This document shows, one piece after another, positions 57,546-64,000 of a stretch of 64,000 nucleotides of DNA. Made by a program: the position numbers and the translations under genes. The stretch is taken from assembly GCA_947630065.1 (NCBI GenBank), contig CANRGE010000004.1, forward strand, positions 9,149-73,148, given 5' to 3'. Under the pieces are notes generated by a model. That model was not told the origin of the DNA, did no database searches, and was given only the letters and a program-made list of their open reading frames with translations. The DNA is from an uncultured Clostridia bacterium. Its GTDB lineage: Bacteria > Bacillota > Clostridia > TANB77 > CAG-508. Every line of letters begins with the position of its first letter. Positions within the stretch are counted from its first letter, which is position 1.

Positions 57546-58403
57546 ATGAAATCCATATGCATTAAGAGCAATAATAATTCTGTTATAAATTATCTACTAG
57601 AAAATTTTTCTTTATTAAATATGGAAGATATTGTTATTTCTACACGTAGTTTTAAAATTTATAATAATATTATTATTCATTATACTGGTAAAAATATTAA
57701 ACTTTTTCATTCTATTTTGTGTAATTTGCTTACTAACTGTATTATTATTTTTTACGAAAAAAACATTGTAAAATTTTTAATAAATTATAATTATTTTTAT
57801 TTTGATGATTTAGAAAAAAAAGAAATATTAAATCTTTGTTTAAAAGAATTTAATTTAGATTATGATATATATAACGAAAAATACTTAAAAATATATAATG
57901 TAGTTTCAAATTATATTACTGAGCATAAATCTATTGTTTTATCTGGTTTTGTAAACTTTAGATTAAGCTTATATAAAGAATTTTTAGATTCTAATATCGA
58001 TACATGCATAAGTAATTTCCTTATAGAAAAAGAATATTATGAATTTATAGACCTTTTACGATTATATGTAAATAGCAAGAATTCAGGCTATGGCAATGTT
58101 CATTTAGTATATGTAAATAACGAATCAATATTAATAGATGATTGCAAGAATATTGTTCCTATTGATAAAAATATTTCAAATGTAAAATATTTGTCTGATA
58201 TTTCTTTTTCTTCTAATGATTATTGCTTAAACACTTTACTTAATATTCTTCCTAAAAAGATTACTATTCATTTAATAGATAATTGTGAAGATGAATTTAT
58301 TAATACTTTAAAATTAATATTTGATTCAAGAGTATCTATATGTAATGAGTGTGATATTTGCAGAGTATATAGATTAACTCATAATATCACTAATTATAAA
58401 TAA
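57546..58403 (+). CDS. YtxC-like sporulation protein (putative)
   Basis: 285 aa. The GFVNFRL...EYYEFIDLLRLYV pattern resembles the YtxC family. The call is from memory. Confidence 0.45.
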   Translation: MKSICIKSNNNSVINYLLENFSLLNMEDIVISTRSFKIYNNIIIHYTGKNIKLFHSILCNLLTNCIIIFYEKNIVKFLINYNYFYFDDLEKKEILNLCLKEFNLDYDIYNEKYLKIYNVVSNYITEHKSIVLSGFVNFRLSLYKEFLDSNIDTCISNFLIEKEYYEFIDLLRLYVNSKNSGYGNVHLVYVNNESILIDDCKNIVPIDKNISNVKYLSDISFSSNDYCLNTLLNILPKKITIHLIDNCEDEFINTLKLIFDSRVSICNECDICRVYRLTHNITNYK

Positions 58404-58467
58404 CATAATAACTCTTTACTCCAATTAAATAATATGGTATAACTATATTATTAATTGGAGGTTTTTT

Positions 58468-59445
58468 ATGGATATAGAAAATAAAGTAAAAAAATTAGTA
58501 ACAATACTTGTACCAGCTTATAATGAAGAAGATGTACTAAATATGTTATATGAAAGGCTTCGCACAATTATGGATGAAAACTCAAATTACGATTTTGAAG
58601 TTCTTTTAGTAAATGATGGCAGTAAAGATAATACTCTAAAAATTATGCAAAATTTACGTGCTATAGATCAAAGAATTTGTTATTTGAATTTATCTAGAAA
58701 TTATGGAAAAGAAACAGCTATGATAGCTGGTTTAGATTATTCAAAAGGCGATTGTGTAATAATAATAGATGCAGATTTACAAGACCCACCAGAATTAATT
58801 CCAGAAATGTTAAAATACTGGGAAGAAGGCTATGATGATGTTTATGCAAAACGTAAATCTAGAAGTGGTGAAAGTTTCTTAAAGAAATTTACATCAAAAA
58901 TGTATTATAAAATTTTACAAAGTGTAACTAATATTGAAATTCAGAAAGATACTGGAGATTTTAGATTATTAGATAGACGTTGTGTTGAAGCTTTACGCTC
59001 AATACGTGAATCTCAAAGATACACAAAAGGATTATTTAGTTGGATTGGATATAATAAAAAAGAAATTTTATTTGATAGAGATCCTCGTGCTGCTGGTAAA
59101 ACTAAATGGAATTATGGAAAATTAATTAATCTATCTTTTGATGGTCTAACATCCTTTACCACTGCTCCACTTAGATGGTCTGCAATTATTGGTATTTTAG
59201 TATCTTTAGCAGGTTTTATTTATATGCTTGTTATTATATTAAAAACTCTATTTTATGGAGTTGATGTACCAGGATATTCTTCTACAATGGTAATAATTTT
59301 ATTCCTAGGTGGTATTCAACTTATTTTCCTTGGTGTTATAGGTGAATACTTAGGACGTACCTTCTATGAGACAAAAGGAAGACCTTTATACTTTATAGAA
59401 AGATATAATGATGAAAAGGAAACTAATAAACATTTAAACAAATAA
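58468..59445 (+). CDS. GT2-family polyprenyl-phosphate glycosyltransferase (GtrB-like)
   Basis: ILVPAYNEE, VNDGSKD and IIIDADLQDPPE motifs, plus two C-terminal TM helices. Confidence 0.85.
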   Translation: MDIENKVKKLVTILVPAYNEEDVLNMLYERLRTIMDENSNYDFEVLLVNDGSKDNTLKIMQNLRAIDQRICYLNLSRNYGKETAMIAGLDYSKGDCVIIIDADLQDPPELIPEMLKYWEEGYDDVYAKRKSRSGESFLKKFTSKMYYKILQSVTNIEIQKDTGDFRLLDRRCVEALRSIRESQRYTKGLFSWIGYNKKEILFDRDPRAAGKTKWNYGKLINLSFDGLTSFTTAPLRWSAIIGILVSLAGFIYMLVIILKTLFYGVDVPGYSSTMVIILFLGGIQLIFLGVIGEYLGRTFYETKGRPLYFIERYNDEKETNKHLNK

Positions 59446-59466
59446 AATAAGGAAGGAATTATTTAC

Positions 59467-60141
59467 ATGTCAAGTTTTGTATTAAAATTAATAGCTATGA
59501 TAACTATGTTTTGCGACCACTTAGGATATGCTTTATATGGCAAGTTTTCGTTTCTAAATTATATTGGAAGAATTGCCTTTCCACTTTTTGCTTTTCAGCT
59601 TACTGAAGGATTTATACATACAAGAAGTAAGAAAAATTATTTATATAGACTTCTATTATTTGCTTTGGTTTCGCAAGTTCCTTTTTCGCTTTTTCTTACT
59701 TTATTTAATAGTAGTGTAGTATTAAATATTTTCTTTACATTATTTTTAGCATTAGTTGCAATGTTAGGTTATGAAAAATGTGAAAATAAATCAATTGGTT
59801 TGTTATTAGTTGCAGGAATAGCTTGTTGTGCTGATTTAATAAAAACAGACTATGGTTCTTTTGGAATATTATTAATATTTTGTTTTTATATTTTCAAAAA
59901 TAAGAAATTATATATGAATTTAAGTTATATAGTATTAATTTTGTTAAAATATCTACCTTCATATATCAACTCTAACTTCTTTTATAGATATTTAATTTTA
60001 ATGTTTTGCTATTTAATACCTTTACTATTTATAAATCTATATAATGGAAAAAAAGGTCCAAATACAAAATATTATTTATACCTATTCTACCCTGCTCATT
60101 TAATTTTGCTATATGTATTTAATATGTTATTTATACAATAA
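59467..60141 (+). CDS. TraX-family membrane protein
   Basis: LKLIAMITMFCDHLGYALYG N-terminus. Polytopic. Confidence 0.7.
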   Translation: MSSFVLKLIAMITMFCDHLGYALYGKFSFLNYIGRIAFPLFAFQLTEGFIHTRSKKNYLYRLLLFALVSQVPFSLFLTLFNSSVVLNIFFTLFLALVAMLGYEKCENKSIGLLLVAGIACCADLIKTDYGSFGILLIFCFYIFKNKKLYMNLSYIVLILLKYLPSYINSNFFYRYLILMFCYLIPLLFINLYNGKKGPNTKYYLYLFYPAHLILLYVFNMLFIQ

Positions 60142-60188
60142 AAATATAAGAAGGATGTTTAAAAATCCTTCTTATATTTTTATTGTTA

Positions 60189-61121
60189 CTACATACTTAT
60201 ATTTATTCCTCTTGCCACTACACTAGACATGTTTTCTATTAAGTCGTCAATTTCTTTTGGGGTTACTATCATGTTAAAATCTTCTGGCATTAATGCTTCT
60301 TTTATTTCTTCATAATTATCATTTTCTTTTAATTTATTTAAGTAATCATTTGATTGAGCCTCATTTTGTAGTTTTGTAATAAATAAATCTAAACAGTCAT
60401 CTGTTATTGTTGCTAAATCTACAACTGTAGGTATTCCTATGGCAATAACCGGTATTCCTAATGTAGTTTGACTTAACTCTTTTCTTGTATTTCCTACACC
60501 CGCTCCTGGAGTAATTCCTGTATCTGCAATTTGTATTGTACTACTAATTCTATTTATACTTCTTGAAGCAAGTGCATCTATTACAATTAAAAGCTTTGGA
60601 TGAGTATTATCTACTATACCTTTTATTATTTCAACTGTTTCTATTCCTGTAGTACCTAATACACCTGGAGATATTGCTGTAACTGGTCTTGCATCTTCTG
60701 GTAGATATTGTGGCATATATTTTAATATGTGTTTTGTAACATCTATATCTTTTATTACTTTTGGTCCTAAAGAATCTGGTGTAACATATACATTTCCTAA
60801 TCCTACAACCAATATTTCATCTTTTTTATCTGAATGTTTTTGAATTAACTCTTTAAGTTCTTTAGATACCGCTTCTGCACTTGCTTGAATATCATCTTCT
60901 GATGCAATTCTTAAATTATTTATATCTATTGTTACATATGTTCCTATAGGTTTTCCTATTGCTTCAGCTCCATTTTGATTTGTTACTATTACTTTTGAAA
61001 TATTTATATTTTCATTTGCTTTTTCTTCTTGCACATCTATTCCGTCAATTTCTTCTAAACTATGTGCTTTTTTATAAATATTTCTTCTCTCTAAAGCCAA
61101 GTCTGTTCTAAAATTATACAT
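60189..61121 (-). CDS. gpr: Germination protease GPR
   Basis: MYNFRTDLALERRN N-terminus and GLGNVYVTPDSLGP. ATG at 61121 lies 9 nt after GAGG. Confidence 0.9.
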   Translation of the reverse strand: MYNFRTDLALERRNIYKKAHSLEEIDGIDVQEEKANENINISKVIVTNQNGAEAIGKPIGTYVTIDINNLRIASEDDIQASAEAVSKELKELIQKHSDKKDEILVVGLGNVYVTPDSLGPKVIKDIDVTKHILKYMPQYLPEDARPVTAISPGVLGTTGIETVEIIKGIVDNTHPKLLIVIDALASRSINRISSTIQIADTGITPGAGVGNTRKELSQTTLGIPVIAIGIPTVVDLATITDDCLDLFITKLQNEAQSNDYLNKLKENDNYEEIKEALMPEDFNMIVTPKEIDDLIENMSSVVARGINISM

Positions 61122-61284
61122 ATATAAAAACCTCACTTTCTTTAAAATTATTTTTTCAAAGAAAATAAGGTTTTATTCATTATTTTTAATCAATTTGAAA
61201 TTTTACATAATATTTTTTATTATTAATTTGTTAAACAAACTATTTTAATCTATTGTTTTGGTATACTCTAATGTAACACATATA

Positions 61285-61913
<629 letters not shown>

Positions 61914-61996
61914 TTGTTTTCTTCTCCTTTTCTATTTTTTACTAGTGCCTTTTTTTATCATATTCTATTAAATTATATTAGCCATTCTTTGAAGAG

Positions 61997-62020
61997 CGGG
62001 CGATTAAAATCGCCCCTACA
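61997..62020 (+). repeat. Third copy of the GC-rich hairpin CGGGCGATTAAAATCGCCCCTACA
   Basis: Identical to 21079..21102, with similar 5' flanks (TTYGAAGAR). Confidence 0.85.
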
Positions 62021-62106
62021 CTTGTTAGGCATGGCTTTGTGAGCAATTTCGATTTTTATTTTTCTATGTAAATTAGATATTATACATCCTTTTTTATAAA
62101 TGTAAT

Positions 62107-63132
62107 CTATGAACAATATTTACATAGTATTGATTCTAATCCTATATTTATATCTATTAATCCTATTTTATAATTTTTATCTAAATTTATAAGCTCTTGT
62201 AGAATTGCCTTTAATTCTTGCTCTTTAAAAAAGTTACTCTGTGCTTTATATTTGTTTACTAAAAACATTTGATTAGGTTTCAAATTTAAGCTTTGCACTA
62301 CATCTTCATTATATTTTACAGAAAGTTTTACCATATATAATTTCTTAAAATGATTGTATAAAGTTATCAATATTTTCTGTATTGGTTCTTTTGCATATAA
62401 TAAATTATTTAATACTTGTAAAGCACTTTTTATATTCTTTTTGCCTAAATTATCTGTTAAGTCAAATATAATACCTTCTATTTGTTTTATTACAAGTAAA
62501 TCTATAGTCTCTTTTGTTATTTTTCCATTTTCTCCTACATATTCTATTTGTTTTCGTATTTCATTTATTACATTTTGCATATTTACTCCAACACATTCAA
62601 TAAAATAATTTATTGTATCTGGAGTTATTTCTACATTATATGCCTTACATATAGAGTTAATTCTTGAGGCTATTTGGTTTGGTTTTTGATATTCGAAATT
62701 ACAAACTATTCCACCAATTTCTTCTATTGTAGATAACATTTTAGTTTTATCTACATCTTCTTCTATAAATACTATTATATTATCTTGTTTTATATCTTTT
62801 GCATTTGTAGCAAAATATTCACATATTTTATCTCTTGTATTTACAAATGCAATCCCCTTTTTTTTGACTTCTCTTTTAAAAATCCCAGTATTTTTTACTA
62901 CTATTAATTTTTTGTTATAGCCAAATGCTGGTGTTTGTATGTCTTGAATTAATTGGTCTAAATTTGAATCATCTATTTCTATATAATTAATTCCTTTAAC
63001 AATTTCCCCAAAAGCTTTTTTAATTTTTTTAAAATTGGTTTCAAGAAGATACAATTCTTCTCCATATAACACATATATACTTTGTATTTCATTCTTGTTT
63101 AATGCCTTTTCTAATGCTTCTATGGTTACCAC
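62107..63132 (-). CDS. holA: DNA polymerase III delta subunit
   Basis: 341 aa. The N-terminal region (YVLYGEELYLLE) and overall helical layout fit HolA. Confidence 0.7.
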   Translation of the reverse strand: MVTIEALEKALNKNEIQSIYVLYGEELYLLETNFKKIKKAFGEIVKGINYIEIDDSNLDQLIQDIQTPAFGYNKKLIVVKNTGIFKREVKKKGIAFVNTRDKICEYFATNAKDIKQDNIIVFIEEDVDKTKMLSTIEEIGGIVCNFEYQKPNQIASRINSICKAYNVEITPDTINYFIECVGVNMQNVINEIRKQIEYVGENGKITKETIDLLVIKQIEGIIFDLTDNLGKKNIKSALQVLNNLLYAKEPIQKILITLYNHFKKLYMVKLSVKYNEDVVQSLNLKPNQMFLVNKYKAQSNFFKEQELKAILQELINLDKNYKIGLIDINIGLESILCKYCS

Positions 63133-63149
63133 AATTGTATCCTCCTTTT

Positions 63150-64000
63150 TTATTTATTTTCTATAATTATTTTAAATACTTCTGCTACACTCCATGCTTG
63201 AGCTAATGCTCCTTTTGGTTGTGCTTGTGTTGTTTTTGAATCATATAATTCAGATATACTTCCTATTATTCCTTCCTGATAAAACATTTTGTCTATATTA
63301 GATTTAACTGTATTTACAAACTCTTTATATTTTTCTTTTAAGTCTTTCTTTTGTTCTTTATCTTTACATGCTTTTACTATATTTTTAAATGCAGAATTAT
63401 ATAATCCTAATAACCATGGCCATGTTATTCCTTGATGATAACTCATATCTCTTCTAAATGGATCACCCTCATATACTTCCACATAGTTTTTTTCACCTTT
63501 TGCTAAAGTTTTTAATCCATTTTTATTTAATAATTTTTTTGTAACTGTTTCAAACATGTCAAGTACCATCTTACTTTCAGGATCTAGCACAGGATATGTT
63601 AAAGATAAGCTAAATAGTTGATTTGGTCTAATTGTTGCATCTCCTATTACATCAAATAAGCATTTTTTCTTTGGATTGTAAAATTTTTGTTCAAATGATT
63701 GCTTACATTTTTCAGCCATTTCTAAATATTTTTTAGCTTCTTTACTTATTGCTCCTGAAAATTTCTTTTCTAATTCATTCATTATTTTTAATGCGTTATA
63801 CCATAAAGCATTAATTTCAACTGCTTTTCCATTTCTAGGAGTAACAGCAATATTTTCATATTTAGCATCCATCCACGTATTTTGTGTTTCTCGTGTTCCA
63901 GCACTTATTAGTCCATCTTCATCTAAATATATGTTATTATTATCATAGTCTATTCCATTCTTATATGCTTCTATAATGTTTACTAATGCAGGATAAATAT
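63150..64000 (-). CDS. Amylo-alpha-1,6-glucosidase / glycogen debranching enzyme, C-terminal part (5' end beyond the window)
   Basis: NTWMDAKYEN...GKAVEINALWYNAL and the ...AQAWSVAEV motifs. The frame stays open upstream of 63872 to the window edge. Confidence 0.75.
   Translation of the reverse strand, partial: IYPALVNIIEAYKNGIDYDNNNIYLDEDGLISAGTRETQNTWMDAKYENIAVTPRNGKAVEINALWYNALKIMNELEKKFSGAISKEAKKYLEMAEKCKQSFEQKFYNPKKKCLFDVIGDATIRPNQLFSLSLTYPVLDPESKMVLDMFETVTKKLLNKNGLKTLAKGEKNYVEVYEGDPFRRDMSYHQGITWPWLLGLYNSAFKNIVKACKDKEQKKDLKEKYKEFVNTVKSNIDKMFYQEGIIGSISELYDSKTTQAQPKGALAQAWSVAEVFKIIIENK

Overview
Low-GC (by eye about 25-30% G+C) chromosomal segment from a spore-forming, Clostridia-like Firmicute. 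Everything here comes from reading the sequence and the ORF track; no searches or folding programs were run. Most genes are on the minus strand. The core genes are rpmF, an M18 aminopeptidase, ychF, a tRNA-Gly/Met/Tyr operon, tsf, rpsB, thrS with a T-box leader, pgi, dapA/dapB, glmU, the rimP-nusA-ylxR-ylxQ-infB-rbfA-nrnA-truB operon, ireB-ruvX-DUF1292, tRNA-Leu and holA. Sporulation and germination genes are spoIVA, a gerA-type A/B/C operon, gpr and a ytxC-like gene. There is also an alpha-glucan cluster (GT4, DUF4912, GH57, and a debranching enzyme cut by the window end). Five things are not ordinary. (1) Locus 15.1-19.5 kb encodes a 749-aa protein with a non-canonical prepilin-like N-terminus and three internal repeats, plus two tandem secreted paralogs. 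One paralog sits behind a consensus promoter, a short leader ORF containing an (AC)14 tract, and a terminator-like hairpin. A second (AC)18 tract with the same flanks lies in a disrupted pilin-like gene at 61.3-61.9 kb. (2) A dispersed, highly structured repeat of about 129 nt occurs as 5 full copies plus 1 partial copy. One inverted pair brackets a higher-GC 155-aa ORF, and one copy is nested in the loop of another hairpin. (3) A small hydrophobic ORF with convergent near-consensus promoters looks like a type I toxin-antitoxin locus. (4) Several other palindromic or heptamer repeat families sit next to tRNA genes and in intergenic regions. (5) There are several lineage-specific proteins: a pseudo-receiver/AT-hook/ParA-like protein, an HExxH membrane protein with a 759-aa coiled-coil partner, and orphan K/E-rich proteins. 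No CRISPR array, rRNA, transposase or integrase was recognised.
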